64,000 nucleotides of DNA from the NCBI GenBank assembly GCA_965279375.1, contig OZ257156.1:1984001-2048000 (forward strand), written 5' to 3'. The notes beneath the pieces are model-generated. The model was not told the origin of the DNA. It saw only the letters and a list, made by a program, of their open reading frames with translations, and ran no database searches. Made by a program: the position numbers and the translations under genes. Source of the stretch: Gemmatimonas sp. (GTDB lineage Bacteria; Gemmatimonadota; Gemmatimonadetes; Gemmatimonadales; Gemmatimonadaceae). Positions 51,815 to 61,660 of the stretch are shown here, piece by piece (the first letter of the stretch is position 1; each line of letters starts with the position of its first letter).

Positions 51815-52543
51815 CTACGGCTTCACGGTTGCGCGAACGATGTAATCCATCTCCGTGAACCGTTCGAGATACACATTCCCTTCCTTCAGGATTCGCTCCT
51901 CGCCGAGCCCCTGACCGTATACGTCATAGAGGCGTGGCAGTACCTCGACGCCCTTGACGACCCGGCCAACCACCGTGAGTCCGCTCTGCTCGAGCCCCTC
52001 GTTGTCGCGCACGCTGAAGAACAGGTGGGTGGTCCGGGTGTTTGGCCCGCTCGACGCGAACGCGAGCGACCCGGCGGTGTGCGGACGCGTCGACGGATCA
52101 TCCTTGATGGACATCGTATCCCACACCGCGCTCACGCGCGGATCGCCGTTGAAGCCGAATTGCGCGATGAAGTCCCGCTGCACCTTGTAGAAGCGCATCG
52201 CGTCGAAGAAGCCGTGCTTCGCGAGGTAGTACAACCGGTCCACGCCGCGCGGTGCCCACGCGCGCACGACGGCAACCGTCATGTCGCCCTGGCTGGTTTC
52301 GAACACGATGTCGAACGAGTCCGGCGCCGGAGTGCGCAACGCAATGGTGTCCGGCACGAGCACCGCAGCGGACGGTGTCAACGGCGGAAGCGCAGGACGA
52401 ACGGCCATGCGCATGCGCTTCAAGCTGCTGTCGAAGGCCAGACGCTCGCTGCTCGGTTGCTCACTCGGTTTCGCCGCATCGTGATTGCAGGCGCTCAGAA
52501 GCGTAGTGACGAACAGTATGGCAGCGAAGCGATGCGAAAACAT
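51815..52543 (-). CDS. Cyclophilin-type peptidyl-prolyl isomerase, lipoprotein
   Basis: Lipobox LLSAC; FETSQG, WAPRGVDR, FIAQFG and GPNTRTT. Confidence 0.88.
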   Translation of the reverse strand: MFSHRFAAILFVTTLLSACNHDAAKPSEQPSSERLAFDSSLKRMRMAVRPALPPLTPSAAVLVPDTIALRTPAPDSFDIVFETSQGDMTVAVVRAWAPRGVDRLYYLAKHGFFDAMRFYKVQRDFIAQFGFNGDPRVSAVWDTMSIKDDPSTRPHTAGSLAFASSGPNTRTTHLFFSVRDNEGLEQSGLTVVGRVVKGVEVLPRLYDVYGQGLGEERILKEGNVYLERFTEMDYIVRATVKP

Positions 52544-52723
52544 GGCGTGCGGAAAGAATGAGGACGGTGATACGGGAGAACAATGTGCGCGTCGCCGAAC
52601 GTGTTGTCGCGGGCCGTGACCACATCTTGACCGCATCGATGCGCGTGATTCGATGCCGCGCCGACCAACCGATGCCATGCTTGGCTCTGGGCACTTCCGC
52701 GAACCGTCCGTCGGCACCCATCC

Positions 52724-55501
52724 ATGCCTCTGCGTCTTCCGCACCGCCTCCGCTCGGTCCGCGTGCTGCTCGCGTGCCTCACCGTTCCGCTGCTCGCCGC
52801 CAGCACCTCGCGTGCAGGTTCGCGAAGCACCGCGTCGAGCACCGCAGCTACTTCCACGCCGGTGAGACGTCACACGCTCGGCACGCGCGGAGTCGTCACG
52901 CACTTGCGCGAGCGCGTCGTGCTGGATCGACGGATCATCCACGAATTGGTTGGCCCCGTGGAGGTGGAGGCGGGTGGATCGCTGGTGATCGAAGCCGGCA
53001 CCCGCATTGAAGCGCGCCCCGGCGCGTCAATCGATGTGCAGCGCGACGGTGCGATCATCGCCAACGGCACGCTACTCGAACCGATCGTGCTGACGTGCGG
53101 AAGCGTGCCTCGATATGCGGGATGCTGGAACGGGTTGCGTCTGCGTGGCTACGCTCGCATCAACTACGGTACGCCGGACAGTCCTGCCGACCCGCAAGGC
53201 GGTGGCAGTGGCTGTTTGCAGGCAGTCGAGAACGCAACCGCGTTCGGTGGTTGCGCGAATGCCGACTCGAGTGGCGTGCTGCGATTCGTGCGCATCGAGT
53301 ACGCGGCGTCGGGACTTCGGTTGCTTGGCGTCGGCGCCGCAACGCGTGTCGAACACATTCAAGTCAATCGCAGCCTCGGCGACGGCCTCTCGATCGTCGG
53401 AGGCGCTGTCGACATTCGACGCGTTCTGCTCACCGCGAACGCTGGCTACGGCCTGGCGTGGCGTTCGGGGTGGCAAGGGCGCGGTCAGTATGTCGTCGTG
53501 CAACAGGACGCGACGGCGCTCGCGGGTGGAATCAGCGGCAGCAATGCGTCCGCTACTGGCGGCGGCTTCAGCAACACGCCTCGTTCCGCGCCCACTCTCT
53601 TCAATGTGAGCGTCATCGCGCCGGCCGCAGGGTCACTCAGCGGTGAGCGCCCGGCGCTCCATCTGCGGCAAGGAACGGGTGGCATCATCCGCAACCTGCT
53701 CGTGCACAGTTCCGCGCTCGTGCTGGACATCGACGACAATTCGACCTGCGATGCGTTCGACAATCGCAACCGAGTCTCGATCGGCAACCTGGTGCTTGCG
53801 GCCAACGTGCTCCTTGGCAGCCCCGATGTTGATCCCGTGCTGTGCGATCCGTACACATCGCCTAACCTCGAAACGCAGTTGATGAGCGACCCGGCAACCG
53901 CAGCTGTGGTCGTCACCGATCCCGTCGCGCTGTCGACGTTGTTGCGCAACCCGACGAACCTGATCGTTCCCGACTTCCGTCCGGCCAATGGCTCTGCCCC
54001 GTCGACCGTGCCGCTCTCCACGCCGCCGAACGACGGGTTCTTCGATCCGTCCGCTGCATTCGCCGGCGCGGTGGATCCCGCGGCGGCCGCCCGCAACAAC
54101 ATCCCGTGGTACTCGGGCTGGTCCACCGCCGCGCCGACGCCGCCTCCGCCAGGCACCGTGTCCGGCGTTGTGTCGTCGGCAGGTCAGGGGCCCATCGCCA
54201 ATGTGGTGGTGGCGTCGCTCTTCGGTGTTCGCGACACCACGGACGCGAACGGTGCCTTCGCCATCGTACTGCCTGCGGGCCAGCACCAGCTGTCGCTGAC
54301 TGATCTGCCTATCGGCTGCAGCGCAGCGTCGCAGACGGTCAACGCCGTATCCGGTAGCGTGGTCACCGCAAACTTCACCGCCGGATGCACGATCGTTGCC
54401 GATGTTGCGTTGGGTGCGTTGCACGGCTGTCTCATGGCCAGCGATCAGCGGTTGCAGTGCTGGGGGCAGAACGACTACGGCATGGTCGGAGACGGGACGT
54501 CGGTGACGCCACGCCTGCTGCCGGTGTCGGCTGCCGGTGGGCTTCCGTATGACGCCCTCACACTCGGCGCCGGTTTGACGCACACCTGCGCGACGCGCGT
54601 CAGCACCACCTTCTGTTGGGGGGCGAACGTGTTCGGGGTGTTGGGACTCGGCACGACAGGCTTCTTCGCCGCGTCACCCGTCTCCGTCGGAAACGCATCC
54701 ACGCCGACCTTTTCGCGTGCCGCTGCCGGTGGCTACCACGCCTGCGGTCTCACGCCCAGCGGCGAGGCGTGGTGCTGGGGGTGGAACGCGGAAGGGCAGG
54801 TGGGCGCGAACTCCACCGCGTTCAGTATCGCGACACCAACGGCAGTGTCGGTCGGTGCGACGCGCTTTACATCGCTCGCGCTCGGCGAGTCGCACTCGTG
54901 CGGTCTCACATCGGTGGGCGCTGTCTGGTGCTGGGGCGGCAATGGTCGTGGTGAAGCCGGTCGAGACACCGCCGGCCCGGATCTGAAGAGTCTCGTGCCT
55001 GTTCTCATGTCGACGTCATTGACGTTCACGTCGATCGATGCAGGCACGTTGCACACTTGCGCGTTGACCGCGGACGGAACGGCGTACTGCTGGGGATCAC
55101 GCGAGTTCGGCCAGCTTGGTGACGGGAGCACGTCAGGAATTGCAATTGCGCCGGTGCCAGTGAGCACCACCGAGAAGTTCACGCAGATCGCGGCCGGTGG
55201 ATTCACGACGTGCGGTGTCACGACGGCGCAACGCGTGCTCTGTTGGGGAGCCGGCGCGTCCGGCGCACTCGGCAACGGCACCAACAGCGTGACGCAGACG
55301 ACACCGGTCGGCACCACTCCATTGCTCAGTGCGCGACGCGTCGCCGTCAGTCTCGGTACCGCCGACGCGACAACGGTTTGCGCGATTACAACCACCGACG
55401 CGTTGTTCTGCTGGGGCGCAGGTGGCGCTGGTCAGTTGGGCAACGGTACGACGACGTCGTCGAGCGTTCCGGTGCAGGTGCGAGTGCGCGGCCCGTTCTG
55501 A
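52724..55501 (+). CDS. Exported protein: beta-helix domain, carboxypeptidase-regulatory-like repeat, RCC1 beta-propeller
   Basis: IEAGT..ANGT..PIVLT and SGVLRFVRIEY; seven CWG/H.C repeats at the C-terminus. Confidence 0.82.
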   Translation: MPLRLPHRLRSVRVLLACLTVPLLAASTSRAGSRSTASSTAATSTPVRRHTLGTRGVVTHLRERVVLDRRIIHELVGPVEVEAGGSLVIEAGTRIEARPGASIDVQRDGAIIANGTLLEPIVLTCGSVPRYAGCWNGLRLRGYARINYGTPDSPADPQGGGSGCLQAVENATAFGGCANADSSGVLRFVRIEYAASGLRLLGVGAATRVEHIQVNRSLGDGLSIVGGAVDIRRVLLTANAGYGLAWRSGWQGRGQYVVVQQDATALAGGISGSNASATGGGFSNTPRSAPTLFNVSVIAPAAGSLSGERPALHLRQGTGGIIRNLLVHSSALVLDIDDNSTCDAFDNRNRVSIGNLVLAANVLLGSPDVDPVLCDPYTSPNLETQLMSDPATAAVVVTDPVALSTLLRNPTNLIVPDFRPANGSAPSTVPLSTPPNDGFFDPSAAFAGAVDPAAAARNNIPWYSGWSTAAPTPPPPGTVSGVVSSAGQGPIANVVVASLFGVRDTTDANGAFAIVLPAGQHQLSLTDLPIGCSAASQTVNAVSGSVVTANFTAGCTIVADVALGALHGCLMASDQRLQCWGQNDYGMVGDGTSVTPRLLPVSAAGGLPYDALTLGAGLTHTCATRVSTTFCWGANVFGVLGLGTTGFFAASPVSVGNASTPTFSRAAAGGYHACGLTPSGEAWCWGWNAEGQVGANSTAFSIATPTAVSVGATRFTSLALGESHSCGLTSVGAVWCWGGNGRGEAGRDTAGPDLKSLVPVLMSTSLTFTSIDAGTLHTCALTADGTAYCWGSREFGQLGDGSTSGIAIAPVPVSTTEKFTQIAAGGFTTCGVTTAQRVLCWGAGASGALGNGTNSVTQTTPVGTTPLLSARRVAVSLGTADATTVCAITTTDALFCWGAGGAGQLGNGTTTSSSVPVQVRVRGPF

Positions 55502-55778
55502 TCGCGACACGCAGCGTTTGATACGTGCGAGAGGCATCGGCATCGACAGCATCGAACGTGATACAGATGCGATGACGAAAACGCGTGCAGCCAACACGCA
55601 ACGTCAACGGCGGGTCTCGAAGCCGCAACAATCGGCGAGAAACGGATGGATCGCATGGCAGACTGCTCATCGCGCGTCCACCATTGCCTTCCCGCCGCCA
55701 AACCAACCACCGTGAACACTGCGTGTGGTGACTGCCCGGGTCGGCAGGTCTCACACGCTCGCTTTGGAGTACTTCGTC

Positions 55779-58700
55779 GTGTCCAGTTTTCTTCGCCACG
55801 GAATCTGCGTGGCCCTGTGCGTCGGTAGCATGGTCATGCTGCAGGCGTGCGACGACAAGGTCGTCGCTCCGGTGAAGCCACTCATTCGTTCGCTGGAGAT
55901 CTTTCCGAATCCCGCCACAGTGCGCGTGAACGAAGATCTCGTCATGGTCGCCAAGGTTCTCGCCGATTCTGGCGCAGACGTGTCGCTATCGTGGCAATCA
56001 TCCGACCCTCGACGCGTCAGCGTTTCGCCGACCGGAATCATTCGCGGCGTGTCCGTTGGTCCGGCGGTGTTGCTCGTGCAGAGCGACGCGGATCCGAATT
56101 TTTCCAGTGCCATTCCTGTTACGGTGACGCCTCAGTACACGGGCATCAGTGCGATCACGGCATCTCCGTTGGTCGTGACGCTGATTCCCGGTCAGACGCA
56201 ACCGATTTCCGCAACGGTCACGGCGGATCCCGGCGTCAACCGCGCCGTTCGCTACAGCATCGACAATCCGGCGGTCGCGACGATCTCCACGAGTGGTGTG
56301 GTGACTGCTGTCGCTGTCGGATCCGCGCGCGTGACTGTTCGCAGCGTAGTCGATACCAGCGCACAAACCAGTGTCCCGATTACGGTGCGCGCCCCTACCG
56401 GCGCGCGCGTGAGCATTCAGTCTGTCACCAGCCGAGGCACGAATCTGCCGGTCGACCTGCTGGACGTGCACGGCCAGGTGGATGTACTCGTCAATCTCGA
56501 GCCCGGTGAAGCGCAACTCTCGCGACTGGATCTCGTCGTCACCAATGCGGGGCGCGATACGATCGTCGCGTCGCAGAGCTTCACGGCCGCGCAGTCCGCG
56601 CGCGTCTTCGCAACGGGTACCAACGGCGCGGTGAGCGCTGGTGTTGTGGTGCAGAGCTTCCGCACCGACGCCTTCGATCCGCGCGTCGGCACGACGTACT
56701 TCAAGAACGGCGCAATCACCATCAAGGCGATCGCCGTCGATCTTGCACCCTCGGGCACCGCGCAACAATCCGCATCGAGCGCGCTCGGCGCGACCCTGAA
56801 CAATCGCGATGGGTTCCTCGTGCAGGTTCAGGCGCTTCCCACTACCGGTATTGCAACGGCGACCGACCCCGCCGGTCGGCGTTGGTTGCAGGCAGGCCGC
56901 GGACTCGCCGTGACGACAACGCCGGTGATCTTCTCCAACCGGTTGCTCGGCGCTCGCACTATTTCGTTTCCCGGCAACTCGCCCGTCGCGTCGATCACGG
57001 TAAACGGAACGACCGTGTCGGCCGACACCCTGCTGCTCCCGGCCAGCTACACGAGTCCCAATAGCGGCGACGGCTACGTCAACGGCGAACTGCCCAGTGT
57101 GCAGGCGTCGGATGTCCAGGGCAACGCGATCCCGTTGGTGCCCGCGCTGGTCAACGGCTCAGGCGGCGGCATCATGAACGTGCAGCCGTCGTTCACGACC
57201 GGTTTGCGACTCGAAGGACTTCGCGTGGACAACGCGCCACCGCCGGCGGCGACGCTGGTGCTCACCAGCACGGCCAACAACTCCAACAACTGGGTCAACG
57301 GCAGCTACGTCTTCGCGCAGGGGCTGCAGAACTTCGTGCAGGACCTGGGCGTCGGGTTGCGCGGTCCATCGGCGAATCTCACGCCGCAGTCGGCCGAAGT
57401 GACGTTCCTGGCGCTTGGTGGCGATCTGACCGACACCACAGAAGTGACCACGGGAGCAAACCTGCCGGCGTCCAGTTCCAATCTCACGTACGAGTTGATC
57501 GCACGGTACGCGGACCGCCTGGGGAACACGCGCTTCATTTCGCTGTCGGCTGTCGCCGGCGTGCATCCCGGTACGCGTTTCGGTGTGGATCTGTTGCCGC
57601 CGACGCTTCGCTACGCCAGAGATTCGGTCAGTGGTCGGACGTTGATCACCACCAACGCCGACTCCATCTTCGCATCGAACACAGCGGGTACTGGCCATCG
57701 TGTCTTCGCCGTCGATGCGATCGATGATCTCTCGGGGCTGCCGGCGGGTCGCGTGGCCGTGACGCTGCGGCGTTTCGGTCAACCCAGCCCTGCGAACACC
57801 TTCAACGGCACGTACACCTGCGTCATCGGCACGGGCGCGAACTGCGCGCCGGTGCTGCGCAACTACAGCGCGGTACTGCCGGATGACTATCGACAGGTGT
57901 CGGTGCTGGTCGATGACAGCACCGGTGTCGAAGGCTACTACCTGTTCAGCGCGACCGCGCAGGATCAGGCAGGCAACGTCAGCGCGCCGCGCACCAAGCG
58001 TGCGCTGATTGACGCGGGCACCGGCGCTTCCGCGCCGTCGATGACCGGACTTGGGCTGAGCGGGGTGCTCACGGGCAATCAGCCCGCTGCATTCCTCGCG
58101 CTCGCGTCGGACAACGTCGAACTTCGCAGCGGCGGCCTGCTCATTCGCTATCCGAATCTGCCTCTCACGAGTCAGATGCTGGCCTACGGGTTGCCCACGG
58201 GCGGCGGCACGACTCTCGGAGTCGCGTTCGATACGCTGCTCACGTCGCCGATCACGGGAAACCATCCCGCGTTCACGATTCCGAAGTTCATCCGCTCGAT
58301 GGAAGTCGTGGACACCCTCGATCGGCCGCCCACCGCTTCAGGCGTCACGTTGAAGCCGAACGCAGCGAATGCGTGGGTCACCGACTTCGCGTTCGGTGGT
58401 GCACCCTCATCGCTCCCCGCGAACATCACGATCGTTCCTGGCGCCGTGCAGTCGGCGACAACATCACCGGTGTTCGCCGGTAACATCGGAACGATTCGGG
58501 AGCTGCAGACGTGGCGGCGCGCCGGCATCAGCGGATTGCGTTTCGATGCGATCGGCCCGTCTGGCCAAGTGGCGCCGCCGTTCACACGCGTCGTGATCGC
58601 GCGTCTCGACAGCACAGCACTCGCCGTGAGCCCGGAGGCATGGCGCGTGGTTGGAGAGATCGCCGTTCCGGCCGGTGTCGACAACGGACTACGTCGCATC

Positions 58701-58799
58701 TGGAGTTGGGATTTCGGTGGATTGGGCACTGGGAGCTACATCGCCATCGGCGTCAATGCAGCGGGCGATGGCCTCATGACCCGCGTGGTGACGCCATGA
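55779..58799 (+). CDS. Large lipoprotein with two Ig-like (Big_2) domains and an unknown C-terminal region
   Basis: Lipobox MLQAC; WQSSDP..VSVSPTG and YSIDNPAVATISTSGVVTAV. Start uncertain (ORF opens at 55725). Confidence 0.78.
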   Translation: MSSFLRHGICVALCVGSMVMLQACDDKVVAPVKPLIRSLEIFPNPATVRVNEDLVMVAKVLADSGADVSLSWQSSDPRRVSVSPTGIIRGVSVGPAVLLVQSDADPNFSSAIPVTVTPQYTGISAITASPLVVTLIPGQTQPISATVTADPGVNRAVRYSIDNPAVATISTSGVVTAVAVGSARVTVRSVVDTSAQTSVPITVRAPTGARVSIQSVTSRGTNLPVDLLDVHGQVDVLVNLEPGEAQLSRLDLVVTNAGRDTIVASQSFTAAQSARVFATGTNGAVSAGVVVQSFRTDAFDPRVGTTYFKNGAITIKAIAVDLAPSGTAQQSASSALGATLNNRDGFLVQVQALPTTGIATATDPAGRRWLQAGRGLAVTTTPVIFSNRLLGARTISFPGNSPVASITVNGTTVSADTLLLPASYTSPNSGDGYVNGELPSVQASDVQGNAIPLVPALVNGSGGGIMNVQPSFTTGLRLEGLRVDNAPPPAATLVLTSTANNSNNWVNGSYVFAQGLQNFVQDLGVGLRGPSANLTPQSAEVTFLALGGDLTDTTEVTTGANLPASSSNLTYELIARYADRLGNTRFISLSAVAGVHPGTRFGVDLLPPTLRYARDSVSGRTLITTNADSIFASNTAGTGHRVFAVDAIDDLSGLPAGRVAVTLRRFGQPSPANTFNGTYTCVIGTGANCAPVLRNYSAVLPDDYRQVSVLVDDSTGVEGYYLFSATAQDQAGNVSAPRTKRALIDAGTGASAPSMTGLGLSGVLTGNQPAAFLALASDNVELRSGGLLIRYPNLPLTSQMLAYGLPTGGGTTLGVAFDTLLTSPITGNHPAFTIPKFIRSMEVVDTLDRPPTASGVTLKPNAANAWVTDFAFGGAPSSLPANITIVPGAVQSATTSPVFAGNIGTIRELQTWRRAGISGLRFDAIGPSGQVAPPFTRVVIARLDSTALAVSPEAWRVVGEIAVPAGVDNGLRRIWSWDFGGLGTGSYIAIGVNAAGDGLMTRVVTP

Positions 58800-61660
58800 G
58801 TCTCCGGTGGGCAACACGACCGGTGCGTGCGGTGGTGATGGGAATCGTCCTTGTCGTCGTGCTTCCCGACTTCACGTCAGCGCAGACTCCACCGGTGCGC
58901 CCCGCACCGACAACGCCGACGCTTCCGCGGACCGCGCCTGCGCCGAACGTCGCGACGCAGCCGAGCAACACTCGCGGTCGTGTGACCGGCCGAGTGGTGG
59001 ATGTTGCCAGCGGGCAAGGCGTCGCCGATGTGCAGGTGATGATCGTCGGCACCACGTTGGGTGGCCGCACCGATCTCGACGGTCGCTACACGATTCTCAA
59101 CGTCCCCGTGGGTGCCATCTCCATCCAGGCACGGCGGCTCGGCTACCAGCCCAAGCAGTTCGAGCGCGTGGCGGTGTCAGCGACCGAGGCGACGATCGTC
59201 AACTTCACGATCGGTGCTGCGTCGGTTGAGTTGCAGTCGGTGGTGGTACGTGCCGCCGCTGGTGATCGCACCGCGAGTCAAGCGAGTCTGCTTGCTGCAC
59301 AGCAAAAGGCAGCCGCTGCATCCGACGGCGTGAGCGCGGAACAGATCAAGAAGACGCCCGACTCGAACGCCGGCGAAGCCGCGACTCGGGTGAGCGGCGT
59401 ATCCATTGTGGACGGCAAGTTTCTGGTGGCCCGCGGGTTGTCCGAGCGCTACAGCACGACGCTGTTGAACGGCGCTGAAGTGCCGAGTCCGGAGCCGACA
59501 AAGAAGCTCGTACCGCTCGATGTGTTTCCTGCGAGCCTGCTCGAGTCGATCGTTGTGACAAAGTCCGCGACGCCGGACAAGCCCGGAGATTTCTCGGGAG
59601 GCGCGGTCGAGATCAAGACGAAGGAGTTCCCAGACAATCCGATTCGGTCGTTCTCGTTGTCGCAGGGCTACAACTCGCAGACGACCGGTCGCTCGCTGCC
59701 TTTCCCGGAACGGCGCGCGCTGGACTTCTTCGGCTTCGACAACGGATTCCGCGAACCGCCCACGCGCAGCACGCTCGGAAACGGCAGCGCCTTCGAGCGA
59801 GAGCGATTTGCCGAAGGCGTTCGCAGTGCCTGGAAGCCGTCGATCGCTCGCGCGCTCCCCAACCTTGGCCTCGGCTTCACGCTGGGCAATCAACGGCCAT
59901 CGAAAGGGTTCGCAATCGGCTACGTCGTGTCGTTGACCTACTCGGGCGCGCGCGAATACTCGCAAGACCGATTGTTTCGGTACTATCTGGGCGAGGAGGA
60001 GCCGCAGCGCGCCTACGTCTATCAGGACTATCGGAACACGGTGGACTGGGGCGCCGTCGCCAACGTGTCGTTGCGACTTGGCTCCAACAACAAGATCAGC
60101 CTGAAGAATCTCTACACCCGCAATGCCGAAGAACTCTTCAGCACGAACGAAGGGATCAACATCGATCGCAACGGCGACGTGCGGAACTACCAGATGTCCT
60201 ATGTCGAGCGGCAGCTGGCGCAGAGCCAGCTTGCTGGCGAACACCTGCTGCGCTGGTTGTTGAACTCGCGTGTGGAGTGGAAGGCCACGCTGAGTGAGTC
60301 GTCGCGCAACGAGCCGGACAATCGCCAGGCGGAGTACGTGCAGGTGCCACAGACTGGCCAGTACGGGCTCAACTTCAACACCGACTTCTGGTATCGCACG
60401 CTCCAGGACAAGCAGCGGAGCTTCCAGGCGGACTGGCAGTTGCCGACGCGTCTGCTGTGGACGCCGATGACTTTCAAGGTAGGCGGCGCTGTACGACAGA
60501 AGCGTCGCTCCTTCGATGCGTATCTTGGCTCGTTCAACATCGACCAGAGCTCGCGTCCACCGGAAGACCTCAAGTATCTGCCGCCGGAACTGTTGTTCGC
60601 GCCCGAGAACGTCGGGACCTGGGTCAAGGTCGGGTTTCCCGGCGCCAGCGCCCAGCCGTACGACGCGAATGACGACGTCACGGCCGCGTATGCGCTGGTG
60701 GACATGAACATCGCCTCGCGTTTCCGCTTGGTTGCTGGCGCGCGTTCGGAAAACTGGTCCACCGATGTCTTCGACGGCGGAAAAGTACGGGCCGGGCTGG
60801 ACTCATCGCTCGTGCCGACCCGGCGCCGCGTGAAAGACATTCTTCCGTCCGCCAACCTGACCGTTGCGCTGTCGGAGCGGATCAATCTGCGACTCGCGGC
60901 CTTCCAGAGCGTGTCGCGCCCCGACACGCGCGAGCTGTCGCGCGACGAGTATACCGAGGTCTCCGGTTCCTGCGGAACGATTGGCAATCCCGAGTTGCAG
61001 CGCGGGCTGATCTACAATGCCGACTCGCGTCTCGAGTGGTATCCGCGTCCCGGGGAAATCGTGTCCGTCAGCGGTTTCTACAAGTACTTCCAGGATCCAC
61101 TGCTGCGCGTGGTGAGCGGCCGCAACGGCTGCACGTACGGCTACATCAACGGCGAGCACGCCGACAACTTCGGCGCGGAATTCGATTTCCGGAAAGACCT
61201 CACGTTCCTTCCTGGTTCGCTCGAGCGCCTGTCGGTAGGCGCGAACGTGACCGTCGTGAAGTCGAGCGTGTCCATCGCGCCACGGTTCGGTCAGTACACG
61301 CCCGGACTCGACCTCGAAGGCCAGTCGCCGTTTCTCTTCAATACCAGCCTTTCGTGGATTTCCGAAAAAGGCGGCGTGAACGCGAGTGTGTTGTACAACC
61401 GATTCGCGGATCGCATTGTGCGCTACGGGTACGCCTCCGCCAGTCTCGGGCAGGGCCCCAATATCGTCGAGGCGGGGCGTGGCATGCTCGACGCGAAGGC
61501 GCAGTTCGCGGTGGGACACGGGACCACGATCTCGCTGGCCGCGCGAAACCTCACCAACGCCCGCGTGGTCTTCCAGCAAGCCGTGAAGCCGGACAATGGT
61601 TTGACCGGCCGCTCCGTGCCCGGCGTCAGCCTCACGCTTGGGGTGTCCCTTGTCCGATAA
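58796..61660 (+). CDS. TonB-dependent receptor with N-terminal carboxypeptidase-regulatory-like domain
   Basis: ATGA overlap with the upstream gene; GRTDLDGRY, plug ARGLSERY..LNG..VPLDVFP, LPSANL, GNPEL and RNLTN. Confidence 0.92.
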   Translation: MSLRWATRPVRAVVMGIVLVVVLPDFTSAQTPPVRPAPTTPTLPRTAPAPNVATQPSNTRGRVTGRVVDVASGQGVADVQVMIVGTTLGGRTDLDGRYTILNVPVGAISIQARRLGYQPKQFERVAVSATEATIVNFTIGAASVELQSVVVRAAAGDRTASQASLLAAQQKAAAASDGVSAEQIKKTPDSNAGEAATRVSGVSIVDGKFLVARGLSERYSTTLLNGAEVPSPEPTKKLVPLDVFPASLLESIVVTKSATPDKPGDFSGGAVEIKTKEFPDNPIRSFSLSQGYNSQTTGRSLPFPERRALDFFGFDNGFREPPTRSTLGNGSAFERERFAEGVRSAWKPSIARALPNLGLGFTLGNQRPSKGFAIGYVVSLTYSGAREYSQDRLFRYYLGEEEPQRAYVYQDYRNTVDWGAVANVSLRLGSNNKISLKNLYTRNAEELFSTNEGINIDRNGDVRNYQMSYVERQLAQSQLAGEHLLRWLLNSRVEWKATLSESSRNEPDNRQAEYVQVPQTGQYGLNFNTDFWYRTLQDKQRSFQADWQLPTRLLWTPMTFKVGGAVRQKRRSFDAYLGSFNIDQSSRPPEDLKYLPPELLFAPENVGTWVKVGFPGASAQPYDANDDVTAAYALVDMNIASRFRLVAGARSENWSTDVFDGGKVRAGLDSSLVPTRRRVKDILPSANLTVALSERINLRLAAFQSVSRPDTRELSRDEYTEVSGSCGTIGNPELQRGLIYNADSRLEWYPRPGEIVSVSGFYKYFQDPLLRVVSGRNGCTYGYINGEHADNFGAEFDFRKDLTFLPGSLERLSVGANVTVVKSSVSIAPRFGQYTPGLDLEGQSPFLFNTSLSWISEKGGVNASVLYNRFADRIVRYGYASASLGQGPNIVEAGRGMLDAKAQFAVGHGTTISLAARNLTNARVVFQQAVKPDNGLTGRSVPGVSLTLGVSLVR

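Noticed and set aside
52870..55761. Shared 11-mer TCACACGCTCG near the starts of two surface genes
   Set aside because: One copy lies inside a coding region and it is not palindromic; probably chance.
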